A stretch of 64,000 bases of DNA, taken from the NCBI RefSeq assembly GCF_009914755.1, contig NC_060938.1; one strand, 5' to 3'. The translations under genes were made by a program, and so were the position numbers. Positions within the stretch are counted from its first letter, which is position 1; each line of letters starts with the position of its first letter. The notes beneath the pieces were generated by a model, which was not told where the DNA came from, made no database searches, and saw nothing but the letters and a program-made list of their open reading frames with translations. Origin of the DNA: the human T2T-CHM13v2.0 reference genome, Homo sapiens. This document shows positions 16,146 to 30,630 of the stretch, piece after piece.

Positions 16146-19100
16146 TTGCAGTAAGGATTTTATAAAGCCTTAAGCAGGTCGGAAGGATACACTGAATGAA
16201 CAGAGCAAGATCATATGCTATGTAGTGTCTTTCAGACTTCATTTCTTAGTTCCAACTTCTTGCGTAAATTTGTGTAAACCAGCCACCTGCTTTACTGTCT
16301 CTTTTATTTCTCACCCAAGCACACACACAGACATATTTTCTCATACACATGTGCTCAGGCTCACCACACATGCCCAGACACATAGAGATGCTCTGGCAAT
16401 TCTGAACTAGCTTGAAATACAGAGTTGCTTTAATTCACCAAAAACTTTAGATGAACAGTTTAGTTTGATTCTTTTGTGGCCTAGTTGATCTTAATGAGCA
16501 AATTCAGGAGATACTTTGACTTTAGAGGCCTTAGAAATACTTCCTGGCTTTTTCTTAACCGGCTAATCTGCAGCAATATTAAGCCTTATAACAACACGAA
16601 TCACCTAAGTGTCAATACTCTGCTGCAGTAACTGGTCATGTTTCACGACTGCTCCCTACCTGCCCATGATGCTCCTCATCAGGAACTGACCGGACAGGTT
16701 CCTGGGCAGACCACAATACTTTAAGACAAGGGAATTGAGACTACCTCAGAGAAAATATCACATACACCACACACATGTGCTATAATGAGCAGGAAGAGAA
16801 CTTAGCAGATACCCAGTTAAGACCCATCATCATAGAAGTGATACCTTTGGACTCACAGAGCTTGGAGGGGTTTCCCAGAGATTACACTATTGAAAAGGGC
16901 CTAGAACTGAAGTCTCCTTATTCAGAGTCTGGCTTTTTTTTCCCATTATACCTTATACTGCCTTCTTCATCTATAAAACAAATGTGCATTTATCCCTTTG
17001 GCTACATAGCATTTTCCCAAGAGGAAAAGAGGAGCCTGAGAATGTGAGAGGAACAAGAAAGAGGGCTAGAGGACAGGCCCACAGAATTGTGAAAGAATGC
17101 TTGGCATGGGCCTTAAGGAAAATAAATTTTGATTCCAAAATTAAAAAGAAAAATGTCAACTCCCTGAAATCTATTGAGACCCCAACAATTGTCCTTAATG
17201 AGGAAGCATAGAAATCACTCAGACAGTGAATGAAATCTTTCCAGAATGTTCTTCATGCTAAATCTCAACTTTTAGAAGTTAAATATTTGTTCTGTGCTTG
17301 TGGCTCCTTTAACTGGATTCTTCACAGATGGGCTGCAGAACAGGACATGTGTCTGTACCTTCAGGGATGGGAACAGCACTTTGCTTCCTGCACCATCTGG
17401 TTCACTGTTCCTAGCTGTAGCATAGACCCCCACTACAGCCGAGTAATCAGAAAAAGTCAGAAGAACACCTCAGGGAAAACAATCTAGGATTCAGATTTAA
17501 CTTCCTCTAAGGAGGATCAAACACTGAAAGACTGTTCCTTTTCAAGTTTTATTAATCCTGGTTCATAATTTCCACCACATCATTAGTCATTTCCTATTTC
17601 TGAAGGGCTGGCAGCAGTTGCCGAGGCATCAGGCAGTAAATGGCAAGACAACTGTGCCACCTGTGCACCGTATTGACAGTTACCCACAACCACATCTGGG
17701 TGAAAGGCTAATGTGTTTTTTTCTAAAAGGCAAGCCATTTAGAAGTGCAGCCCAGTTTTTGATCTCTTGCTAAATACTTTTATCCACATCATCTCCCCAT
17801 TTGGGCCTGGAAGTCATCATGTGACCTATGGTACTTTGAAAAGAAAGCAGCAACAGCAACAACAGCAAATCTGCTGTAACCCTGGAGTAGGGTGAGCTCT
17901 CGAACTCCTCCCCCGCAAAAAAAGATGGGAATCTGCTTCTCACTGAGACAAACCCAAGAGCTGAAATTTAAAGAATGGAAAGTGACAAGAATGATGTCCC
18001 TTTTTAAAAGACCCCTTTTTAAAAACACATAGATGAAATGTAACTTATAAAGCACTTGAAAGCTGCCTAGTAAGACTAATTGCATGAGGGCTTCACCCAG
18101 CTCATCAAGGCACGTAGGCAGCCACATCCCACAGGGCATGACATCTCGATTTCCTAAGGTCAGAGAGTCTCCCATGTGACAGATAGAAAGGGTCTTTTAG
18201 TTCTGGGAACCAAATGGAGGGCTAAAAATGGGAAAAGGTACATAGCAGCTCTGTTGGCCAAGCCCCTGACTGGTGACTCTGCCTCTGATCCATCCCAAGA
18301 GCCATGGCTGGTCCCAGAAACCTCTGAGCTACATTTCCTCCCCTGGCAACTTCCTGTAACAAGGACTTTAAAGGAAACACAAATAAAGCTCATTTGGGGA
18401 TATTTTAATTTTTAAAAGGCAAAACCCTAATACCTAGCCCTTAAATAGCATTTCCATCTGGATAATCCCAAGCACCCTGCCAACAGTTGGGTAATCACAT
18501 CCCCACCTAGCAAAGAGGGAAATTCCCAGACTTATTACATCTCTCATGAAGGAATGAAAATTGAAGATAGCAAATTAAGGGGATAGATAGCTTTTCTCTA
18601 TTACCATTCAAAACATAGAAATTTTCTTCAAGAACTATAACTTTGAGTGCCATGTGGGGTATTAAAACTGAGCCAGGATAAGTGTTCAGATACACAAGAT
18701 AGCCCCCATCCATCTCCAACTCATCCAGCAATGGTAGCACCAGGAGGTCATAAAAATGCAATTCCACAGGGTGGTAGCATCAGCTACCATAGGAACAGGG
18801 GTGGAAAATTTGGAGAAAATAAATCTCTTGTTCTTTTTTTCTAATACTGGTCCCTGCTGTTACCTGCCAGCCTCAAAGTACAAAAAGCATCACAACATTC
18901 ATCCCATTACATTTTAAGAAGTCTGTTCTGTACATCTGACCTCTTTTGATCTTTCAGAAGCTTCTAGGGAAAGACTAAATGTTCAAATTATAATCATGAA
19001 TTAGAATTTTTCTTTTGGACTACATATGCATACATACAAACATGCATGCAAACACTATCCCAGCCTTTGACCTTATTTTAAATCCTCCAATTCCACTCTG

Positions 19101-22100
19101 ATATCCCCCCTCTGGATTTTATGTGGTAGTCAACAATCCATTTATTAACTACTTGTCAAAGTATCAGGAAGGAGTAACTACCATTTCTTATTTTTGCCAA
19201 TTACAATATTCCTCATCTTAGAGTGTTATCCCTGGTTTTACCACGAGGATAGTAAAAGGTTCATACAATAGGACTTGGGCTTTTATAGCAGACCGATTGT
19301 CAGGATGGGCCCTTAATTTCCTTTCTACAATTTAACTCATTAAATTCTCATTATCTCTGTAATTTCCCTGTTCATATCCTCTCCAGCAAATCAGATATTG
19401 ATGGCTAACCCTCCTGTCTATTTTAAAGAGAATCTGCCTCATTGATATACCCTTCTGAGGAGCTAAGGGATTCTAGCTCTCCCAATGAGCTTAATCATAA
19501 TGAAGCCAGCACAAGAAAAGGAACTGTCTCAGAGTTCCTGATATGCTTGGTGTTTAGTCACAAGACCTTTAAATAACTCTGCCAAAGTCACTAGGGCCTT
19601 TCGTCCCGATTCCAAACCTCTTCCAAAGGACCCCCTACTATCACTGCAATTGCTGCAGTAGCTGAAACCAGTGTTGATTTTTATCTGCATGGCAACTTCA
19701 TGCTCCCTCAGGATCCAAACTAATCAAGTGGCCTTCAAAAATGCCACCAATGCTTAAAAAGGCTGAGCTAAGCTCTGTACGATCAAGACAGAAAACGATC
19801 CCTTATCATGTCGGAAGTACTACTTGTGGTTATCTAAAGCAATGGTAATCATATCATACACTTTATCTGTGAGTGGCTTTTTCCTTCCAGGGGTAGGAAT
19901 AGAAACTTCTTCTCCTTCATAATGAGCACTATTGAAACTTCAGCAGGCAGACCTCTAGCTTTGGCGACATGCCATTCCCTAAGGTAAGCATGTAACCATC
20001 TCAAAAAATGCAGCATGGCAGAAAACAAATACAAGTATTTTCTGAAAATATTATTTGTAAAGGTCTTATTTTATAATAGGGATTGTTTGTGTTAGGGCCT
20101 TGGGGCATGTATGGTTAACAAGAACTTGCAGTTCTGCTGCCAGCTTACTTAATCTCACAGGGTCGGTGTAGGAGTGTAGGGGATGGGTCCAAGAAACAAT
20201 ACAAGCTTTTTCCTTCGCAAGTACTGCTACATCTACATCATGAGAGAAAAGCACTCTGCTATTTAATCTCTCATAGTTCCTTTTGACAGATATTGTGGCT
20301 GTCACTGCACCACATCAAAACATATGCTGTACCAGATTCTCAGCAGTCAAGAAGTCTTTAAAATAAAATCATCAAACAGTATTATTTGTTGGAAATGACA
20401 TTCAACCGCAATTTCTTTGTGACTCCTCAGTCATGCAAACACCACAGCATTAGGTGCACACAAGCCAGAGACATTATAGGTCAAGCCCTCTGATGAAGGA
20501 ACCACCACTGTCTACAAGAACACATTTTTAGGAGAGAAGTAAAATGATAGCTCCTTCTGCAAGAGAAGAAATTTATATTGGAAATCCAGAGCACAGTGCC
20601 AGGTACCCTGTGAGCTTGGCAAATATTAGTCCAGAGCGACTAAGGACTATAGATTTTGATTTTCCCCATATATCCCTCCTGGGCATCTGTCCCATTTGCT
20701 CCTGCCCAGTCCCGCAGACTTGCCTATCACTGCAGTTTTTGTCCCTGGTCCCAGATGATTATGCAACACTTATGCAAGATGCAAGGAGTAAAATGAACCC
20801 ATTTGCCTATCGATATAGTTTTATTTCAGTGAATTAATGTCACTAAGAGAGAAACATATTCTAATGCCTAGGACAGTTGTGGTCCTTTTTGTATCTCTGT
20901 CATTGGGCTAGTGTCTTTGCCTACCTATAATGTAAATATATTATAGAGCAATATTACATATAATGCAAAGATAATCCAGACTACTTGCTCTGCTTTAGAA
21001 ATGAACTGTGAGGATCAAATTTGTACAAACATGGGTCAAGCAAAAGCATACAGACTCTAGTGAAACCTAGAAAGTGTTTTTGGAATATTTTTGCTACAGA
21101 TACTTTTCTATTAGGCTTTTATTAAATTGAAAGTAGTGTTGTTCTTATTTAGGTGTTAATTATTAAATTATGTACAAGTTTAGAAACTAGGCCATTGAAA
21201 CACATAAAAGGTAGTTATTGAAAGCTAATCATAATAAGCTGTTGTCAACCTCTACTGAATAAAGAAGCAAAACATTTTAAATACATTGGAAATTTATATA
21301 AAACGAAGAACTTCCTGACAATGAAGATTGTTAAACATGAGTCCCTGCAACAAATGTCCTAAATAACTATTCCCAGGAAACTCTAAGATTGGGCTGCCTT
21401 AGGTGGTTTAAAAATATGGTCAGAGGCATGAGGAACTATTTCTAGATTTCTTATTGAAGTCCCTTTAAATAACATGGGTCTTCAGTCAACACATATGCTT
21501 GTACATGGGTGCCTGTTAGGGAATTCAGAGTCATAAGCAAACCTTGGAAAATGGACTTGATAGCTCAAAGCTCAAAGCTGCACATTCATAAACAAAATGT
21601 ATGTACTTTTCTCTATATGACGAGATGGCTACAATCACCACTCTAAGCTGAAAAGTGGTATAAGAAAGGCTGGTGAGAAGACAAATTAATACCAATAAGA
21701 TCGCTGATCTGTAGAGAAATAGAAAAGGCAAAGGGGCTCTTGAAAATAAAAGTTATTTGTTCCTAAATCCTGCTTCTTTGCTTGAAGCTATTTCTTAAGA
21801 AAGAAGCTGCTTCCTTCCCTAACCGTATAAAATGATCCCTGAAGTTATTTATAGTGTTCATGGCCTGGAGGCATCACTTGGTTCCCCCACCACAAGCCCA
21901 ACCATGTGTTACTATATTAAAAAATGTGAAAAAGTAATTATGGGGTATGGGAGCCAGTGTCTGCAGACACAACCTGCCAAAGAGGAAGTGACAGGAAACT
22001 TATGCTCCTTGTTGCTGCTCAAGCACTGCCCAGGCTCCAGACTCAGAAGAAGGGAATCTGTTCCAAGAAATAGGAGAGAGGCCTGCCCTGGTGAATCAGA

Positions 22101-23492
22101 AATATCCCTGTTTCTGAATATACAGTAAACTGGTTTCCATTCCTGGGTCCCCTCAGTTGGTCAAACTTTCCAGTCACGTGGAGAGACCACTCACAGCATC
22201 CTCCCTCAGCAACTCAGCCAGATGGCTGCCTCAGCTCCCACCAGACCGGGCAGGCTAGAACATGTAAGGTTCTGAACTTGGGCAAGAGTCTAAGGTCACT
22301 ATAACTGGCCCCTAAGACTCTGACCTGCCACTGTCAGATCTCAAGTTCTGCCACCTTATCCTAAATCTAGCTTTGTTGTTCCTCTTCCCACTTCCATCCC
22401 CAGTTCCTTGCCCTCAGGTAGGATGCGATAATCAATCTATTACTGATTTCTACAGCAGTCCTCCACATATTCACAAACCCCTCAGCTTTCCTCTGGAACA
22501 ATGGACTCCACCAGCATAGGGACACAATTGTTTTCTACCGCTGGAGGCAGAGAGGAAAAGTAGCTCAAACATCTGCCCCCAGAGAGCATAAATTTGTCAG
22601 GGAGAGAAGTCCACATTTCTGCAGAAAGGCCAGTGTTCCCAAGAGGCCTTAGCTTAGGAAATGTTTATTGAGAGGAATTACATTTCCTTCTCAGGACCTG
22701 CCTCTGCCTCTGGTCTAAGCTACAAAAGAAGTTTTCTTCTGATGTCTCAGGAAAAAAGAAAAAAGCACCAACCCTCACAAAAGAACCCTGGTAGTATGGA
22801 CAATTCCTACTATCTCAAGAAGATTTCACTTGGAAGTAAATAATCGTTGCCACCTCTGAATTCAATTTGATTACCTAGATAAATCACTACATGAACTTCC
22901 AAAGAAGCAAACTTTACCCCAAAAAGTATGTTATAAAAGTTGATTTACAGAAGTCTCTTTCAAATAAATTCTTAAAGAGAATCATAGACAACAAAGAATG
23001 CAGAAGCTAATGCAGGTCAAGAAAATGTCCTTACTATCTCTTTAATATAATAAAATAAATCAAATTAACATGTTTCCTTAGTGAATAATATTCTCTAAGC
23101 ATGAAATGTAATTTTTAATACTTTATATACACCAGGCTTGAGTTCCTATTTTACATGCTATGGTTTTAGAATATGTGTAAATGTTTATTTCTAAAATTAC
23201 CTAAAAATCTTCTGTTCAAGTTTGTTTTTCAACTCAGGGCAGTAGCATATAAGTAGAATTTAAGCAGATATCAATTGTATCACTGGAAAGACTTTAAAAA
23301 TCAGAGAAATGTTCTTATAAGGCAAATCCATGGCAGCCTTCCACATTCAGAGACTGGTTTATAGCTTTCTGAGATGCCCTGTTAACCTCTCAAAGATCTG
23401 TAGACTAGCTTATATTATCTCATTATCCGAGTTCTCCCCGCTTTCATCTTTGCCTCCTATATCCCAGTTTCTTCACCACTGTAGTATCCACA

Positions 23493-23506
23493 GTGCCACC
23501 TGCTGG
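23493..23506 (-). promoter_or_regulatory. Candidate CTCF binding site
   Basis: Minus strand reads CCAGCAGGTGGCAC, a full match to the CCASYAGRKGGCRS core, in unique sequence. Confidence 0.55.
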
Positions 23507-24213
23507 TTGTAGAAAGTATTTTTGTGGCTCCAAGGTCTCCCTCCGGGATTTGTTTAATTAAAGTCTACCAATGACTGCTAGAAAAGCCACAGCCATAGTG
23601 GACAAATCCATGAAATGAGCAAAATGTCAATTCATGAAGGGTTAACATGACCCAACATATGCTGAGGCAAAGTTTTGGCTATTTTAAAGGCAAACCTAAG
23701 TTGCCTGAGTTAAACCTAACACATGCAAATTTGCCTCAGGCAGCTTGGCAATAGGGCTCTGTGTAAGAATACAAAAAAAAAATGATTACCAAGACTAAAT
23801 GCCTCAGAAAGTTTCCAAAATCCTTTATTTCCTCGTACCTGTCAATCCTAGACTTCCACTTTTTTTTTCTTTTCTTAGACAAGTATTTTCAACTTTCCAA
23901 AGGTATGAAATTTGCCATCTTAATTGTTTAGACAGGAATAAAGCATTAACTCAGTCCCTTGACTTTGATTCATAGCAGCTCTTCCTTCACCAAAAGTTAC
24001 AGTCTCCCTCTCCACCCCAGCCTGAAGTCTGTGGACCAGCACAGAAATGACAGGCACCAGAGCATCTGCAGGCATGTGAAAATGCAGTGCTCCCTTCCCA
24101 TACTTAACCTTTCAGATGGTTCAACTATTTCCCATGTGTCAACAATCGCCATTCGCATCTTAGGCCTTAACCAGGCAAAAGATAAGAGAGAATAACCTTT
24201 AGAACCCACAACT

Positions 24214-24627
<414 letters not shown>

Positions 24628-24885
24628 TTAATCAACTTTTTTAACAATCCCCTGGGGTGTAGACTGGCACAGGGTCATTACCCCTCTTTAGCAGGTGGGC
24701 GAACTAAGATCCACAAAGTTTACCATTTCATCATCAATTCTGTTCAGAATATCATCAATTCGCTGACATTCTGATGCGACAGTGAAAAAAAGGTGCTGCA
24801 AGAAGCTTCTCAATAACTAAGCTTAATGCAGAAAATATACCCAAGTCAGGAGGTACAAATACACTGGACAAGTATTGACCCAACT

Positions 24886-24960
24886 CGTAGTCATTTTATC
24901 AGAACAGGTTATTTGAGAAACGTAGTCATTTTATCAGAACAGATTATTTGAGAAACGTAG
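24886..24960. repeat. 35-bp tandem duplication (2 units + 5 bp)
   Basis: CGTAGTCATTTTATCAGAACAG(G/A)TTATTTGAGAAA x2 followed by CGTAG. Confidence 0.95.
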
Positions 24961-26810
24961 ATTCTCTACCTATGAATCTGCAAGATTTAGATTAGATTAT
25001 AACTGAGTAATCATTTTTAAGAAATTATTGTGTCTATTGGCATTCAGTTGAGGGGGTTTCCTTTTTCTCTTCACTCTTCACTCACTCCCATTTAAAGGCT
25101 AAACATGGAACTGCAGATAGAGGACAGAGATCACAAATGTTCACCTTTAGCTCTATCTGGCACATTCTCCCATTTTAATTGTCTTTGCTTTTGTGTTCCC
25201 CTTTCTAAAAGTATAAACTATATCCTGACATTTTCCTGCCTTCTGCCAAATTCGGAAACTGTCACGTTTTCTTTTTTTCTTTTGGTCTATAAACTTCAAA
25301 ATATTTTCTGTCAAGCTGGCAAAGCTCCAATCTGCCCTTCACCGCTGCAATTAAAGTGATTTTCCATCTGAATATAACCCTGACATGGAGAGGAATTATA
25401 AGAGTTCTATATAAATCTATTTTGATAGATTAGTTCCCTCACTGAGCATATTTTTGTACTCATCACAAGCATTTATACATATCCAGATTATTCTAAGAAT
25501 TGTGAATCAAAATAAGAGCAGGGTTACTACTAAAAGGAAAAGCTGAATTTTGGGTCCCCCTTTAAAAGAAGCAATAACCTAGAAAGCAAAAAACAAAACA
25601 AAACCCAAAGAAATATTTTATTTATTTCACACAGATGTAACGAAATAACCTAAAACCATGGTAGAGCCAGATAAAGTCAAACCATACATACAACCTAGAG
25701 GAGATGGTGCAGCAGAGAATACTGTTATAAAGCATTATTCTTATGTCATCATGGCTTCCAGAAAATACTCAACGCTCCAATATTTGTCCACTTAATACAG
25801 GATTCACTTCTCAGCCGAGGAGGACCTTAGTAACAGTACACTTAGCACTCAGCAGTTATTTGACCTATTTTACTAATGTGTTTGGGAAGGAGGTTAATTA
25901 ACAGTGGATGGCTATATCCTTAAGCTTAATTTTTCCAACAGCCCTGCTCATAAAAGGAAAAATTTAGTATGTATTGAAGGAAGCAAGCAATTAAGTTGCA
26001 CAAATAGTGAGCTCATTGAACTGCGGCTGACTTCTATCATGTCAAAGAACAACTAAACACAGAAGCAATAAAAAGATTGTTGCCACGACCACCACTGAGA
26101 ACCGACTGGCAATAAAGATGAATAACTTCCTACTTGAAGATTACTGATTAAAGCTTTTTAGAAACCAAATGTTACACATAGGCATAAATGGAGCAAAATA
26201 TTTTAATGCGTGTTTGGCAGGTTCAGAAACACTTTATAGTCAATTTTAAATGAAGGTTTATACAACAACAGTAAACTCCACTTAAAACAGCCTTTCCAAT
26301 TGCTGCTGCTGCAAGAAAGCTGCAGTGCTCCTCAGGAAGGCTTGAGTCATAACTGTGGAATAAAAGTCCCATACCTAACAGTAAGGGGAGGGTCGATGGG
26401 GAGTGGAATTCCACAGGACCAAGTCCTCTGAAATCAAACCCAAGAGCAGAGCCAGAGAAGTCCATTCAGATGCCTGTGACCCTTGAAGGCAAGTAAACAG
26501 ACTCCCTATAGCAATAACCAGGAAATCTCTCTCTCCCCGGCAGCCCTCTGCTCCTCTTCCCACCTCTCAAAGCTCCCAAAGGTCAAGTTTTAGCCCAACC
26601 TGCCCTTCAAGAAAGTGCACTCACATCTAGGAGTTCAACACAGGTTGGCATCAGAATTGGCTCCCAGGACTATCAGTGTCAGTGAGGTGGGACGGGCATG
26701 ATTTGACAAGGAAAATGTGTCTGACAGAGGATTTGGCTCTCAACTTACAAGTGTATACGGAGGTGGGTGGAGAATATCAGCTTCTTTGAGGGCTGGACCC
26801 TACCACTTAC

Positions 26811-26831
26811 CTGCTGCCTTTGGACGGGATA
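26811..26831 (-). CDS. Candidate 21-nt microexon of an unidentified minus-strand gene (xSRPKAA, YPVQRQQ or xIPSKGS depending on phase)
   Basis: Minus strand: cctctttttgtctttttatttttttttaaccctccatAG|TATCCCGTCCAAAGGCAGCAG|GTAAGTgg. U-rich acceptor with no competing AG for ~45 nt, perfect CAG|GTAAGT donor, length divisible by 3, no stop in any phase. Confidence 0.55.
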
Positions 26832-28679
26832 CTATGGAGGGTTAAAAAAAAATAAAAAGACAAAAAGAGGAGGATTTTTGCCTTCAAGGTTGCTTATAAC
26901 CTAACATTAAATAAATAAGTTGTCCTTTGCATTGCATTGCCCTCAAACTCACTACTGTGGAGAATTAAAACCAGCCTATTGCAAATAAACCAGTTTGCCA
27001 TCCCATATCTATCCTTCTCCTCCTGCTAGCTCCATCTTAGAATGTCTCTAAAATGGGAGGGGGCTAAAAATACACTTTTCTTCTGACCACTTCCTCCTCA
27101 ACTTGGGCTTTAAGGGATCAGAGTCCAGCAATGAGATGATGATATGCTTTTCCCTTTCCTGAGCTCCAACCCTTTACTCCTTCACTCAGATATGTCTGCA
27201 GTGAGCTCCTATGGGGCTTGTTTCTTCTTTCTGTACCACACAGCACCCATCAATGTGCTGGGTATTCTGTAGTTGTTTAGTATATGCTTTTTAGCTACCA
27301 TCAGTGGGAAAGGCTTACCATATTTCTGCCCCTTTCAAAGATGTATTTTCTCTTAATCATTGCTGCTGCAATCATCAAAGTAATTGAAACTGGAGAAACG
27401 ATTTTGTGTCATAACATGAAGGGAAAAAAGTAAAAAGCAAATGTAGTGTTCTCAACTTGCTTGGGTGGGAAATGGGACACAAAATGGTCTGAATAAATTG
27501 TTAATGCTCAGATAAAGCACACGGCACCTCAAATTTACACTCTAGTTGGATCGATCCACCCATTACATGCTATTTTCCAGAGATTCAGAGCTGAATTTGC
27601 TGTTTGGGATTTGTATTCAATGTGGGGAATTCTAACTGCAAATCAAATTCATACTGCAAACATCAGAATGGCTTTATCAGATGAGGAGTAGATATTTGGA
27701 ATTTAATAACACTTCCCATCACCTTTCAAGAGGACTTGTCATTGAATATATGGTGTGCAAATCTGGTAAAGAAAAAAGAAGAGTTTGATTATTTGTACAA
27801 ATTACATTTCATTTGCAGGAGGAAATCACAGTGGCACAAGTCCTTCCTTCCATTTAGGTTTCTCCACCTAGAAGTTGTACAGGGCCTTTCAGCTCCAGGC
27901 TCTCCATTAAGACATTCTAACACTATACACTAAAAGTCTGGAGATAGAATGAATTGTACAGCACAGGAAGGGGGGTGGAAGAAGAAAGTAGCAACAGTTC
28001 AGAGATGGGAATTGTCTGCTCTCTGGAAACCCCTCCAGCCTTAGATTCACTATTCAAACTCCAAAGGCCAAGACTCTCCAGTTCCCCTGTGTAAGGGAAT
28101 AAGAAAAATGCCCAGGAAAGCCCACGGTTTCCTTCCTTATGAAGGAGAGGAAGCAGCAGCGGTAGCAGACGCCCAAGTGCAGCCATCACTTCCTCGGGGG
28201 CTGGTGTCCATTTCCACCCACGGGGATGGGGTCTGGCAGCTTTGTAACCGGGAGGAGATACATGATCCAAGAATCCACTTTGGCTCCAATTTACCTTTAT
28301 AAAGGCCAGTTCTGTCTAACTCTGAGAATCCTATAAGCATTAGTGAGGATTTCTAATTGTCTCATCCATAGGAGCATGGCCAGAGAAAGGGGAGTTAGGT
28401 CAAAGAGTTCACCTTGAGTAAGGCTCAAGATACTCCTCACAGACACATTGAGATTATGGTAAATAGGAATGCATTCATAAGTAGTAGAGAGCAGATATAC
28501 CTTTTCTTCCCCTCTGAGGAATCAGAAAGTGTCAGGGTCCTACATTTAAAGGAAAATAGAGTATAATTCTAACAATGGAATCCAAAAAAGAATGGCTGTA
28601 ACAATCTAGTTCAAAAGAAGAAAGAAATGGTATGTATAATCATAGTGTATTATAAATGTCAATTTACACAATCATTGTT

Positions 28680-29535
28680 TTCTCCTTCAAACCTTCTCCT
28701 CTTAAAGTTCTTTCTCTCAGTTCATGGTTTCTTCTTTTGCTAACCACCTGAACTACAAACTTCAGAGTCATCTGTAAATCACCTCTGAATCCCACCACAT
28801 CCAGTTCTAGACTCAGAATGTCTCTCATTTCTGCTTTTATTATCACTGTCCTATGTCACTTCACCTATACCTGGATTATTACAATAGCCTGCCAATGGAT
28901 CCCTGTCTCCACTTGCTTTGTCTCTACCCCAAGTTATCTTTAACATCCTGAACAGTTACCTTTCTAAAGTCAGTTATAATCATGGGCACCTCCTCACTCC
29001 AAACACTTTTACCAGCTTTCTGGGTTTTTTTATTAATAAAGTCCAAATTTCTTAGCATAATGTTCAGTGTTCCTCAGGAACTGAAAATACTCTATTCTTT
29101 GAAACTCACCTGTCATTTGCTCCTCATACACACCTCGCACACAGCTAATGCTCAAGTAGAAACAGACCTCTCTCCTTTCCTTGATTGTATTATGGGCTTT
29201 CACTCTTCTGGAACTTAGCACATTTCCTCCATCTTTGCCTATTCAAAATCTTGTTTCTCCTTTAAGGACTAATTCAAATGTCACCATCTCTAGGAAACCT
29301 TACTGGATTCCTAGGCAAAATAAATTGTCCTCTCCTCAGGGAACATATGACACTGTGTTTACCCCTTTTTACCATGTTTATCCCAATCTGACTTACATTC
29401 ATTATGGCAGAATTTTCCATCTCCTTCTAAAGGACAGAGAGAGTAGTTAATCCCTCCAAAAATGATCCCAAGTACCCAGCATGGTGCCTTAAACAGCATA
29501 GGCATTTTATAAACATTTGTTATATTAAACTGACC
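28680..29535 (+). mobile_element. L2 LINE 3' fragment
   Basis: CCTGGATTATTACAATAGCCT, TTCAAATGTCACCATCTCTAGGAAACCTT, CCCAGCATGGTGCCTTAAACAGCATAGG. Confidence 0.7.
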
Positions 29536-29915
29536 AGTACACAAATTAGGAATTTTCACTAAAAGTTGACTGGATGGAAGACCAAGCTGAGAATCATAAT
29601 CAAGGACAACTCACAGGGAAGGAACGAATTTGAGTAAATGCTGCCCAGAGGCCCATGAATAAATATTTTATAAATTAATACAGATGGCCTGATCCATTAC
29701 TTATCAACATTTTTGTCATGGCACATACTTGTGAAGGGGTTGACTGTGATTGAGAACTGCCACTCTAACTAAATGGAGAAACTACCTCTTTTTCAGCAGT
29801 AGGAAGGTAAATGCTGTATTTGAAAGAACTCAATCAGGGACTGACAGATAAACAACACAATAAAAAAACTGTATATACAAAATATAAAGATTATATATAC
29901 CATATAGTTGCATAA

Positions 29916-29916
29916 A

Positions 29917-29947
<31 letters not shown>

Positions 29948-30236
29948 TTTTTGAAACAGGGTCTTGCTCTGTCACCTAGGCTGTAGTGCACCTGTGCAAT
30001 GATAGCTTATTGCAGCCTCCAACACCTGGGCTCAAGCAATTGTCCCACCTCAGCCTCTCAAGTGTCTGGGACTACAGGTGTGCACTGCCATGTCCAGCTA
30101 AGTTTTTTTATTTTTTGTAGTGACAAGGTCTCGTTATGTTGCCCAGGCTGGTCTCAAATTCCTGACCTCAAGTGATCCTCCCACCACAGTCTCCCAAAGT
30201 GCTGGGATTACAGGCATGAACTATCACACCTGGCCA
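29916..30236 (-). mobile_element. AluJo-like element with a (TA)n/T tail
   Basis: GAAACAGGGTCTTGCTCTG...ATAGCTTATTGCAGCCTC...CCTGGGCTCAAGCAAT. Confidence 0.88.
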
Positions 30237-30417
30237 GATATTATTATATATCTGAGAAACTATTTCATTTAAACATGTCTACACACAGAGATATAATGAT
30301 GTCTTAGTAAAATAAATATTTAGTTCACCTTTTTGCCGTAATTCCAAAGGGGGAAAAAAAGCCAAAACCAAAACCACCTCTTTAGCCTTATTAGCATTAA
30401 GTAATCAAATTCCACTA

Positions 30418-30630
30418 ACCTGAGCAACATAACGAGACCCTGTGTCTACAAATAATTTTTTAAAAATAGAAGGGCATGGTGGCACTTGTCTGTGGTCCCA
30501 GTTACTGGGGAGGCTGAGGTGGGAGAATCTTTTGAGCCCAGGAGGTCAAGGTTGCACTGAGTCATGATCGTAGCACCACACTCCAGTCTGTGCAACAGGG
30601 TGAGATCCTGTCTCCAAAAACAATCAACAA
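30418..30630 (+). mobile_element. 5'-truncated AluJ/FRAM fragment
   Basis: CCTGAGCAACATAACGAGACCCTG...GGAGGCTGAGGTGGGAGAATC...GAGCCCAGGAGGTCAAGG. Confidence 0.82.
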
